From Perkinsus olseni (Eukaryota): a stretch of DNA of 64,000 nucleotides. A program made the position numbers and the translations under genes. The notes below the pieces were generated by a model. That model made no database searches. It saw nothing but the letters and a program-made list of their open reading frames with translations, and was not told the origin of the DNA. Shown piece by piece: positions 1 to 10,888 of the stretch; position 1 is the stretch's first letter, and the number at the start of each line of letters is the position of its first letter. The stretch spans positions 62,001-126,000 of the forward strand of contig JABANN010000019.1 of NCBI GenBank assembly GCA_013115125.1. Direction: 5' to 3'.

Positions 1-1547
1 AAGAGCTTACCTGGTCCTTTTCAAGATTACGTGATACCGGGCTTGGCGTTAAACGGACTACGATGTTTTCGAGTGTCCAATTTTGTGAAATTCATCTAAT
101 CTGCGCTTGGCTCGAAATGACTCTTTTCATCTTTGCTGGTAGGGGAACTCCTCCGCACACATCTTGGAAAAACAGGAATCTCATCGTTCCTAGTTGTCTG
201 GCGGGCCCTTACCTCGTTCGCGGTCAACTTTTCCTGCATATAAGTCAGAGGATTGACTCAGCATTGCCTTCGTTACCGGCACATGGATATACACAAGCTT
301 CCTTGAGATCCTTCGTTGAGAAGTCGCGGAAAACGTATCGCAGAAGACTGCAGGGGCGATTTTCTCACACGGCGTTGACGAGCCATTGGGTCGGTTCTCA
401 GGTGGTCTTTGATTCAGGTACGTAGCGAGCTCTGCAATCATTTGCTACATCTTCAGAATTTGGCACAGCACTTGGGAACGCAGCAAGGACACGTGCAATT
501 TGATCGTTATAATCTCTCTGGTGGGCAGCTCGAGTTTATTACGTACCGCTTGACAGCGCACGTTTTCATTTAGTGCGCAATTCTAGCTCTCCTCACCACG
601 AAGAGCTTCACGGTGCTTGAGATTCTCTGGACATTCTCACAGCTGCTTGAAGGATTCGCTATGGTAACTGGAAGGTTGGGAAATGGTTTTTGTGCTCTTT
701 CGCTGTGTACGAAGTTGGCTCTCGGTACCTTTTTAAGTGGCTGCTATCTCCAACGACTCTTGCGTCGTTACAGGTCGCTGTCGCAGGTTCCTCAATATGT
801 CTTCTCCTACAGGGACAAGGGAAATAACGACCGCGGTGTCAGTAAGTACGGCGTAGTGTACAGTCCCACTGTCGCTATTGTCAACTTCGCCAAGGACTTA
901 GAGGATAATCTTAGAGTCTTCTGCTACTGACCTCGCGCGGCATCTGTAGCTCTCATCCTGGATGTGCTTCTACGCTACCATTGAACGGTGTTCTCCGCTC
1001 CAGCTGGCCGTGTCACGCCCAGCACGGCAACAGCGTCAGTTCAACTGACTCAGTTGATGCCCTCAGGTACTTTCATTCTCTGTGTTGGTGGATACAGAGT
1101 GTTTTACGCGTTCAATTGGATGTACAAAAAGATTAATCTGGGACGGCACTATTCAGATCTCAACTCGTGGCTGGGTGGACTCATTGAGATCATGTTTTTC
1201 CTCGACTATATCACGTAGGTGTCAGAGCTCCAGGAAACACCTTTTCCGGGTTCTTTGTTGCTCTAGGTGACGTGGGATGTCCCGCTGATCAGATATCGCT
1301 TCAAGGGCGTCTCTTGCCTCCGTACGATGGTTCTGGCTGTAGACCAGAAAATCAACGATATATCGGAGAAAGTGGAGATGAAAGTCATGGGAAGCAGCTC
1401 CAGCTATGGTAAGTCTCAGCGGCGTTTCGATCCCTTGTCAATATCATACCACTGTCAGACGGGCTGTCTACAACTGACGGTACGGTGAGGCGAAGGAAGG
1501 GCGGCGCAGCAGCAGAGGCTGACGAGCAGGCCATGCTTGAGGTCTGA
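1..1547 (+). CDS. ERD2: ER lumen protein-retaining (KDEL/HDEL) receptor family protein; multi-exon, 5' end probably upstream of the window
   Basis: Exons encode WHSTWERSKDT, LEILWTFSQLLEGFAM|VPQY and FILCVGGYRVFYAFNWMYK, matching ERD2 motifs (EILWxFSxxLExxAxxPQ; LGxYRxxYxxNWxYR). The last exon ends ...EQAMLEV-TGA at 1547. Confidence 0.85.
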
Positions 1548-2388
1548 GTTCACGAACCGTGGATTATGAGAGTTAAGGTGTCGAAGCACGATTGAGACAC
1601 TCAGTGAACACGGATCCTTGTTCTTGAGTTCTGGGAGTTATAGACATAAGGCCTTACTTCTGCTACTTAGAGACATCATGATGCTGCTAAATATGTCGAA
1701 TACCCCCCGAAGCTCGCGACCTTCAGCACTATTAGAGCTGAAACCGCGACGCAGTTGTCGCTTGTCCCGTTTTGCGTTCCACCGAAAACTCATTGAATTC
1801 GTCGTCACTGGTGAACTCGTCAAGTAGCATCGTCGAGCGAGTCGCTCGGAGCGACTTTGTCTCACAGAGATAAATCTCAATCATTCATCTCCGAAACAGC
1901 TCTAACCCCGGCGAAGTGAAGTTCAGATGGCGACTGTCGTAGAGGCTCGGGAGGCGACTCGTCTCCACTGTGGATCTCCTGCCAATGCTACAACTCGTTT
2001 GTACACGCTAGCGTAGCACGACGCTGCTCACGAGTCCCGTCACAACATTTCAACGGCTCCGATGCGCGGAACGTGACACCATCTTGCTCACTTGAGCCGT
2101 CTTGCATTTTCATCGTTGCTTAGGGAGTGCGCACATTTCGTGACAAGATTCTCGTTGACGAAGCCATCTTATTGCCTCTGTTCCTGGGAAAAATCCTCGA
2201 GATTAACTGATGCCGAGGCGCTTTCTCTTCGACACTCGTGAGTTCTCCGTGTTCACTTTCTTCATTCGTTAAGGCAGTGCAGGCCTCCCCTGCTGCTTCT
2301 GCTCCAAGTTCTTTCAACTTCCGCTGATTGGTGACCGATTGGTTGTTAGCTTTGACCAGGCGTTTGTTGTTACGACCAGTGGAACTCG

Positions 2389-3210
2389 ATGGCTCTTCGC
2401 CGTTCGTCTGCTCGTCTGAAGCACTTCTTCACGGACGGAGCCAATGACTACGTCACTGGTTGGGAGAACACACCGCCGCTCAAATTCCCTGCCAGCGTCA
2501 TGAAGCCGTGTGACTACTCCAAGACTAAACCCATTCCTAAGCATTGGGTAAGATGCCCCCGCCTGATTGAAATTCTCGGTGCTATGTCATTCGTCGATGT
2601 TTTCTTTTGTCTCAGAAACTCCGTGGGTCGGGAATACATGGTCCTGAGAACACGGACTTGATGAAGCTCGTCTTGTGGAACCGTCTGAAGCAGAAGAGAC
2701 CACAGCGCGAGGTGGGTCTATCTTCAATGGTCTAAACCTCCGCCCGGCAGCCTGCGTAACACCTTTGTTGTGGAGAACAAAGTGTCATGCACACAGGTGC
2801 CGAACATCAACTACTTGAAGGATTCCATTCGATTGGAGCTGTCTGTTAACTGGTGGCTGATGAGTAAGTTGCGACCTTCGCTGTTCCCTCCGTTTTTGCA
2901 AGGTGGAATTGCAGCGCTTGCATACCATTCGTGCGAGTCTTCACGAGTTGAATGTTCCGGATATTCGTGCTCCTCTGCAGGTTGCATCTTCTTGTGGGGA
3001 CCTTGGCTGCACTGGGGTCAGGAGTACCAGAAGGTTCATGAGCAACCTCCATGGGCTATGAAGCGTATAGGTGAGTAACTGCTGGTACCGCCCCCTCTGC
3101 TGTGAATTTTCTTGCACCTCGGGGAAGGCTGCCAACATATTGTCTCAACTCGCGTTTTCGCTTTAGATGGTCTGCGTGGTGAGGGCTACTTCACTTGGTT
3201 CCTGGAGTAG
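2389..3210 (+). CDS. Small (~150 aa) putative mitochondrial single-pass membrane protein, 5 exons
   Basis: Starts MALRRSSARLKHFF (Arg/Ser-rich, presequence-like). Exons join at GT-AG sites through LSVNWWLM|SCIFLWGPWLHWG (hydrophobic/aromatic segment) to DGLRGEGYFTWFLE-TAG at 3210. Confidence 0.6.
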
Positions 3211-3534
3211 TCGTTGGCGCATTATGTGGTATCAGAAGGAGAAGCTTTTATGTCTGCGTCTTGTGGACGAGAAGAGAAAGTACATGATGTCGTGGACTCA
3301 CACGTCATCTCGTGGTCAATTTTTGCTATATTGATACAAGATCAGGTTAGTATAAGCGTAATTTATATCGAGTTGAGTTCAGTCGATGGGCATCGCAACT
3401 GTATACACGTTGCGATACACATGGTGAGGGCTGGAACACATTGCGCAGAAGAGATATACTTTCGTCAAACTGTTTCGACGCTATACTTGCGCTTAACTCG
3501 TCATAAGTGCTTTCCTCGAGTTACTTTTTTCCGT

Positions 3535-5396
3535 ATGCCTCAGCCGCCGCTGCCCCGGGGCAAGAAGGGGGGAGACGGCGATTTTTGGACAAAGCTCAAC
3601 AGACGGCGTCAGTTCACGGATGAAAGTGCTGAAGTCTGGGAGGTGATATTTCGGCATCAACTTTCCTTTGCTGAGCCGCGTATGGGAATGAACTGCTGGC
3701 GTTACAAGCCCCCTTTACCGCGTGATATTCATTCACAAGTGATACGAAACTCGGTCTCAGTCCGAAATTGCCGGAATGCGGGAATTGCATGCTTCTTTTT
3801 GACTGTGAACGTGTTTGTGCTCAGACTCGAGGCACTTCAAGTCATGCAGATGCGGTGTATGAATCAGGGGATGGTTTAGCACTGCAGACACCAACGAAGG
3901 TTGTAGACAGAATCGCCAGGTTCTCCTCGGTAATGCGCGGATGGGGGACACTGGTGTCCGTCTCGTTGCCTCCTTTGATAGTCGACAGCCACCGGCTTGC
4001 CGCTGTAGCGCTTCGATACGATGAACTTGCTTTGCTAGGTTTCCCGCGATGGCAAATCAGAGGTCATCCTTTCCTCTTCTCGGACCAGTCGGTTGACGGT
4101 GGCCGTGTCCGCGCGTGTGTCCCCGACTGCGTTGGCAGAGCTCCACGAAAGCGGCTCTACTGAAGGTAGCATCGTATTTCCTGAGAGTTTGTATTCAACT
4201 AGTCACCGTCATGATTCTCAGGCAAACAACTGAATATACGGAGGAGCATAACTTTCCCTCACGGCCACCAAACTCACATCGAAGGCTGCTCTACTACCGC
4301 ATCAACATCCAGCAGCCCTAGTGCTCACACGAGTAGGATTCGTCATTTATATAACTCTAACGGTAAGTTGCTGCCGAGGTCGCAATGTTCAAGTTTCTGA
4401 ATCGGTATCTCTGCAGACGTCGAAATGTGTATCGAGCAGCTGGCTCCAAGTGCCACTTCCGCTATGTCGGAGGTTGTGCACGATGCCGATCCTGTTTCGA
4501 CGAGCACACCCTCTATTACGCCTGTTACACCAGACCAGCCAGGTACGATGATTGTAGCTCTTAGGGGTTGTTTCTCATGAGGGAAGTGAAAAGTTCGCGA
4601 TTCGGATCGTGAGTCACGATTCGTGACGGTGTTTTTCTGCGTAGGTGAAATTCGACTTTCTCCTCTCCAAGCTTCCTTATCGTTGCCGCTGGGCCTTCCC
4701 GCAGCCACCGCAGTTTCGGAATGTAATTCTTCTTGCTCAACCCGACAGTCCTTCTATAGTACATGTCGCTTGCCTCTGCATCGCAGTTTGTCTGTAGCAC
4801 CGAGTGTAGCGCCCAGCGTTACGCGCTTCCGTATGAGCTCAAGTATCTCCGTAGCAAGCGACGAGAGTTGTGATCTGTCGCTGCCGGTTCCTCATAAGGT
4901 GAGTATGATCCGACGGCGGATTGCCTACTAGCAAATGGCCAGCTTTTAGTACTGCTGTATCTCCGTTCAGGCTCGACTGCCGTCGCCCACATGCAATCAG
5001 ACAACTCCATCTTCGAGCTCAAAAGACGCGAAAGAGCCCACTGGTGAAGACAACGAGGCTCTCCAAGGTGAAATACAGCGCCTCCGATTGGAGTTGGAGC
5101 AAAGCAGGCAGAGGGTCAGAGACTTGGAAGACAGTCACAAGAGTTTTTGGGAGGAAGATGTTTTTGATATTATAAACAAGGTATCCATCCAGCGAGTTGA
5201 TACAACCAAGGATGGAGACTCTAATCTGCATAGCGTGTCTATAAAATCACTGCTTCCCACTGATTGTGAATCCTCAGTTCGAAATGCTCGACGAGGGACT
5301 AGTGTGAGCTCCTGCTCGAGTACATGTTCGTTCCACACTGCAATATCGAGTTTTCATTGGAGCGATGATGAGTGTGATTCTCCTACAGTTTTGTGA
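3535..5396 (+). CDS. Hypothetical Ser-rich/coiled-coil protein, multi-exon; internal structure uncertain
   Basis: ATG at 3535 (MPQPPLPRGKKGG...) after a pyrimidine tract. Several GT/AG-bounded open segments follow. The last exon ELEQSRQRVRDLEDSHK...SPTVL ends at TGA 5396. No family motif recognised. Confidence 0.35.
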
Positions 5397-5507
5397 GTAT
5401 CTTCTTAACGCAAAAAGAAACGTCTCCAAGTTCTGCAGTTCATGTTAAGTTCTATCATAACAACATTTACTGCAACGGTAAGTGACAACGTCGCTTTTCT
5501 ACCGGTA

Positions 5508-7330
5508 CTACTGCCAAGTTAGCTCACGCACGGTCCCGCGGGAGGGGGTTGGAATGATTCTCATTCGGGAAACTTCGGCTCGTTGCGGTGTGATAGATGT
5601 CAACGAAGACGGACGGGTACACCGCAGCAAATTGCTGATCGGCGACAAGAAGTTCAAGTCCGCTGTTGACGAGCAACTATGTCCTTCGAGGTGAGATGAT
5701 TATGACCACCTTTAGCTACTAAATGAAGGTTGGTCGGATGTGATTAATATCGAAACTCGACATAGTGTAATGTCATTGATACGGCAACATACTTCCGCAT
5801 TCCATGTACTCACGAGCTGTTCCACAAATGACGTGGGTCACTTGAACATATCTAGTTCTGTTCCAAAGGGTGGGGAACTCCTCGATGACGGGTATACTCG
5901 CCGTCTGCCGCCGCTGAACACTTCGGCTGGATCAGGATGTTCTCCCGAATGTTCAACGGAGTACCGCAGGATATCAGAGCTCCTATCAAGAGGAAAACTG
6001 GGTAGCACCAACCGAGACCGCCACCGTGCGGGCCCGACGATGACCCATGATTTGACGAACGAACGGTAGCTCGGCGCCAGCGTCCGAGACCCTTCCCTTC
6101 CGGTGACGGGACTTACGTTGGGAGTGTTTTGATGCTCTTCCTCCCGCCGACAGGGAAGGTTTTGGCGTGTGTGCTTGCGGGATCCTCCGTTAAGGAGGGT
6201 TTCCACGATAGGATGTCTCCGGAACTGAGGTACGGAATGTCACCACATGGTAGATTGCTAGGCGCAGAGAACGCTCGGAAGACGAAGCTTGATTTCTGAT
6301 GGGTGGATTATCCCTGAGATCTACTTCTTATAGTTTCCACGCCTCTTGGGGTTCAGTCGTCTCGTGAACTCTCCCCCTTTGTCACCAAGATTCGCAATGA
6401 TTTCCTTAGGATACTCTTGCTGCCGCTGGATCCGCCTGATATGGAAAAAAAACGAATCAACGTTACTACGAAAGAATCCTTCACTGTGCATTCCACCCTT
6501 GACTTACGTGGACGGATCAGGCTCAGTATCCAGGGCGTACGGAACTTCAATCTTGCGCTTGGGCTCCACTCCACGTCCGATGGAGGCATCCCTCTTCTCC
6601 AAGACAGCCGACACAAACTCGTCCAGCTTGGCATGAGACGGGTCTTCTTCATGTCGAAGAATCAACATTTCGATATCCTCATCGACTTCGATACCACATT
6701 TCGCCAAGCGCGTGACGAACTGATGCGTCGAAATGCGCCCACTCATAAGGCTTGCTACTGCCAGCCGGATATCGTCGTCTGTAATGGCACCGGCAACTTC
6801 GGACTCCCAACTAACGGGGTCGCGATGTGGAGGAAGAGCCGGTTGCGGGCGCACCTGAGCAAAGTCCATATCAACCCTGGTTTTTGTACGCTCGGTCTCG
6901 TCCCACTTCCTCAAGCTTGTAAGTTGCTTGGTGCGTTCGCCCTGCATCAGGGTTGCAACTCTCGAGTGCTCGGATTAAGGACGCATACGTCATCGTACCA
7001 GCTTGGCCCTCCGTTTCGATCAGCCTTTCCAGCGCGGGCGTCACGGGAACCTGAGAGGAGCCGCTGGCTGCGGATACCGCTTCGATCTGAAGCTCTCCAT
7101 AAGCGAGTCTTAGTGCACATCAGAGCGGTAAGAGCCTGAAATCATATTCGACGAGTTTACTATTCTCCCTAGCTCTGTTCGGAACTCCGCGACGCTCATC
7201 CTGCCGCTCCTGTCGAACTCCTGAAATAGCCTCAGAAGTCGGGATTGCCCTGCTCCCGTTGTATCCCCATTGGCCGATCCCAAGCACTCTGAAAACTTCC
7301 CGGAGAAGTCCGCGCACACAGTCGGCATGA
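5508..7330 (-). CDS. Hypothetical protein with EF-hand-like helical segments; boundaries approximate
   Basis: Minus-strand exons include RLFQEFDRSGRMSVAEFRTEL (EF-hand-like) and LMSGRISTHQFVTRLAKCGIEVDEDIEMLI. Confidence 0.4.
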
Positions 7331-8104
7331 GGCGACCAAAATCCAGAACAGAGTGCTGCAACCAGATTTGAGGAGGCCTACTGATGCGTAACGTGAACAA
7401 TCAGAGCTCAACCTTCGTCAACTAAACGCTCAGAGGGGAGCTGAGACGAGAATGTGGGACATCTTGCCTCAGCAAACCAGCAGTCGTTCAAAATAAGAAA
7501 GGCTGCCAAGTGAACAAGCCAAGGAAGTGCAAGACTCTCGGAGTAGCCCATTGATAACTCTTTCTCACTCTGGGTGACCGGCCTTATATGAACTGCTTCG
7601 ACCGGACCTACTTCGGCGGGCGAAGATGGCCGCTACAGACGCTGACTGTTGTTCTAACGCGAGCAATTCGAGGGGATGAGATGATAGCTTAATGCATCGA
7701 TCTCTATCAATGATCATCTGGGACCAGATTGACTGTACTTAACACCAGACTGAGTTGATGCATGTCACACTACGTCAGAGCAAGCTACGTCGTTCTCAGC
7801 ACCACGAGGCGCAAACAGCTAGAGTATCCATACAACAGTCACGCAGTAGATAAAAAATCTCGACCCTCACATCGGGCGTCTGCTCAGAACCAATATGCGC
7901 CCGAATATGATGTCGCTTATAGTGGAGTGCAGGGGGCCGAGGCGGGCAACCAGGAAGCAGCACAGAGCCACTTCGCTGGTTGAATACAAAAAATGAAGGT
8001 CCGAGCTCTCATCAGACAACAAAGAAGATTATCGCGCAAAAAAATATCGCCATTCCGGTGATTAACGCCAATTAATGTAGTGTACTCTTGCCATAGCGGA
8101 GAAG

Positions 8105-9600
8105 TCAGCTGCCAAGATCGAGCGTCGCATCGCTGCTGCTACTCTCGCTCCTTCGGTTCTCTTCGCCTGTGGCTGATCGTTCCATAATACTCGGTCTAGG
8201 ACCAGGACCAGCGGGCGTGGCCCAGTCCCGCAAATACACGACTGTTACACAAATATTATCCGCGGCGTGGCGGGCTATGGCTCGGTCTATAAGATATCGA
8301 GCCGCAGTAGCAGGAGTAGCTTGCTGTCCAAGCATGTGGCGGCGAACCTGAAGAAGTCGCAAAAATTGAAACGCTTCGTGGTAGTTAAGAAGATGGGAAA
8401 GAGGGCGGCCCTCACCGTCTCCACTGCTGTCTTCGAGCTCACAACGTCGAAAAGGCCGTCAGTAGCCAATATGATGAACTCATCGTCCTTTTCGAGTGGC
8501 ATGCTAGTGATCTCTGGCTCGGCGATTTGCCCCGCGTTCTTGCTTCCTGAGGAAGCCCGTAGATCGCCCAGTGAGCGGGTAACCTGAGAAAGGCATACCA
8601 ATGAGTTGAAGAGACGGCGATGACAGTGAGGAGAAACTGCATGGGCGAAGGTGCTTACCGCGAGCCCTCCAAGATACTCGCTCGAAGCACTCTGCAAATA
8701 GGGTGCTACGCGGCGTCTCTCGTCCTCTGTGCAGGACTTGAGGTTATGGTCACGAGTCAAATCAATAGCCTGCGAAGGGAGAAAGGCGAGCTGCTAGCAT
8801 GTTGGATGCTTCCGCTCGAAGGCTCACCTCGCCACGGCGGCAGAGCACAGCCCTGCAGTCCCCAGCATTGGCGACCGCCAAGGAGCCCGGGGACGTTGAT
8901 TCGTCGACCAAGCAGACACATGCCGTGCTGCCAGATGTCATCAGAGGATATTCATCATCCTGGCAAAAACAAGAATACCAGTAGACACCAATCGAGTCTG
9001 AAACTGAACAATATGGTACTCACGTCCTCAAAGTCGTCATCGAAATAAGCGCGGAGTTTAGGCATTTCCGTTTCACACAGGAACGACTCCAATGCCTCCT
9101 CAGTGAGGGAATAGCTGAGAATGAGAAGACATCAGAGACGCCACGTCGACAGCAGCAGGGCACCTTCTAGAGAGGGTATCTTCCTTGTCTCTTGAGGAAT
9201 CGAGGGACCTCAAAATCACATTCCTCATGTAGTCTTTAATGAATTCGGCCGCACCCGCGCCACCGTGGCCGTCAAAAACGCCGAACGCGCCTGATGAGAT
9301 AACCTTGAGCACATACAAACAGATCCACCAATGTTCTCACCTCCGCCGCTGAAGGGCACGCACATGGACGTGTCTTCCATGCGCGACTTGTGTCCGATGT
9401 CAGCCGCGTTACCGTAGCGGTCCATGATTGGTGGAATTTGCAGGGTGCTCTTGTCCGTACCCTCACACGGTGCGGTACTGGTGTCCGAAAGTGGGGTATG
9501 CATAGGGGTGTACAAATCGGGGATATTAAACTGCGACGAGACCGGGCTAAACGGTAGTAAGTCCGAGCGAAGAGTCACAGATCGGCGAGCGGAGGGCAAC
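8105..9600 (-). CDS. Protein phosphatase 2C (PPM family); 5' end uncertain
   Basis: Motifs RMED, FGVFDGHGG, VANAGDCRAVL, VTRSLGD, FIILATDGLFDV and AADNICVTVV occur in order across GT-AG exons. Stop at 8105. Confidence 0.95.
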
Positions 9601-10130
9601 TTCTACCTCCCCGGACCCTGACAAGGGAAGCGTTGAGTTATTCAACCGCAGCTCGTGCTGGAGACGGCAATAGTAGCACAGTCACAGGGCACACCAACGG
9701 CGAGTCTCGAAATAACGAGTCGAAGACGGACCCTGGAAGCCCACCCTGCGCAAGAAAATGCTGCACGCCATCAAGACACCCGCCAAAGTGCTAGCGACGT
9801 AGTTCGAAGCACGTAGAGAGTTGTATTGACCACACAATGTCCGCTCTAGGGAAGAGAAAAGGAGCCCTGCCGACGCGAGTAGATTTGGCCCTCGACGAAA
9901 CTGCCCCACTCGTCTGTGTGAGAGCCGGGAACAATTTTGAATGAGACACACCATACCAGGATATTCAGCGAGAATAGTACGTAAAGGCGCACGCCAACTG
10001 AGTAATTACAGAGACAGAGTCTCTTTTAACGCTGGAAATGCCCTGCCGATCGCAAAATGCGCCTGGCGATTTTAGGGCGCGCGAAGTTTTCATGAAATAA
10101 TCGTCCGCCAAGGGCATATGCTTCAGCTCG

Positions 10131-10214
10131 TCAACATTTTTCTCTCCCTTGTCAACTTTTTCCTCCTCTCCCTCAAAATTTTTCTCTCCCTTGTCAAGAT
10201 TCGTTTTCTGCCCC
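10131..10214. repeat. Four degenerate 21-nt tandem repeats in a pyrimidine-rich tract
   Basis: TCAACATTTTTCTCTCCCTTG / TCAACTTTTTCCTCCTCTCCC / TCAAAATTTTTCTCTCCCTTG / TCAAGATTCGTTTTCTGCCCC read directly. Confidence 0.75.
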
Positions 10215-10314
10215 CTTTCTCCCTTTCCCGCTTTTCTCTTTCTCGGGCGCCCGGCCAAACCCATTTTTCAGGCCACTAGTTTCCATCGTAGAGAAATGCG
10301 GAACGATTTCTTGT

Positions 10315-10699
10315 GGGGGAAACCTCTAGCTGTGGTTCGAAGTGATTAGGATCACCCTTGTGTGTGCGGCCCGGGCGAGCGCGAAAGTTTGTGCGGGCTG
10401 TGGCACCCGGTGACTGGCTAGCGAGCTAGTCGTGGAGTAATATATGGAGGTGTTGGTGGATGTGCAACGAAGTGTTTTAGCTCTGTCCCATCCCTCCCAT
10501 TCCCTTGACGTTGGTGGACCCGGAGTGGCTCGGGTTTTGGAGTTTGATGGTCTTGACGTAATCTCCTTACCCTAGCTACTCCCGGGTCTGCATTCGCGAA
10601 TCCGGTCTCGAGGAGGTGTCGGACACCTGGTGTCCCCTCTCGCGGGTTCTGGCTTCGCGTATGCCTCTCCCAACCTCAGCGTCTATGGGTTTCCCTTTT
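10315..10699 (+). ncRNA. Unidentified highly structured non-coding RNA candidate, possibly a Pol III transcript
   Basis: The 5' GGGGGAAACCUCUAG pairs with the 3' CUAUGGGUUUCCCUU, and the segment ends in TTTT. At least four internal hairpins (10362-10406, 10412-10431, 10517-10588, 10590-10664) carry G-U wobbles favouring the + strand. It is intergenic between FAM135 and PP2C. Confidence 0.6.
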
Positions 10700-10888
10700 C
10701 TGGCCAATTCCTCCAGAATAAGTGCCGAGCGCTATCTCTGCATCCCATTCGCGCTACACCCTACAGTGGAAGCTTCCGCCTGCTCTGGGACGTCCGGGGT
10801 GTGTCGGGGGTCTGCCTGTCCCAGGCCCCTGTCTCCGCCAAGCCGGAGCCGTCTGAGTAACACCACACGGAGAAGTAACCGAGGACGG

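Noticed and set aside
2079-2098. CCATCTTGCTCA plus inverted GGCTCAAG resembling pieces of the Perkinsus/dinoflagellate spliced leader
   Set aside because: The matches are only 8-12 nt, gapped and on opposite strands, with no SL RNA donor or Sm-site context. This is compatible with chance.
6417-7139. 240-aa + strand ORF
   Set aside because: It is antisense to the more protein-like minus-strand exons.
10273-10330. P3-like hairpin followed by GGGGAAACCUC, suggesting RNase P/MRP CR-I
   Set aside because: No complementary CR-V/P4 strand was found, and the segment pairs better as the terminal stem.
10565-10573. CCTTACCCT as a telomerase template inside the ncRNA candidate
   Set aside because: It would specify TAAGGG rather than TTAGGG/TTTAGGG, it lies in a well-paired stem, and no pseudoknot was found.
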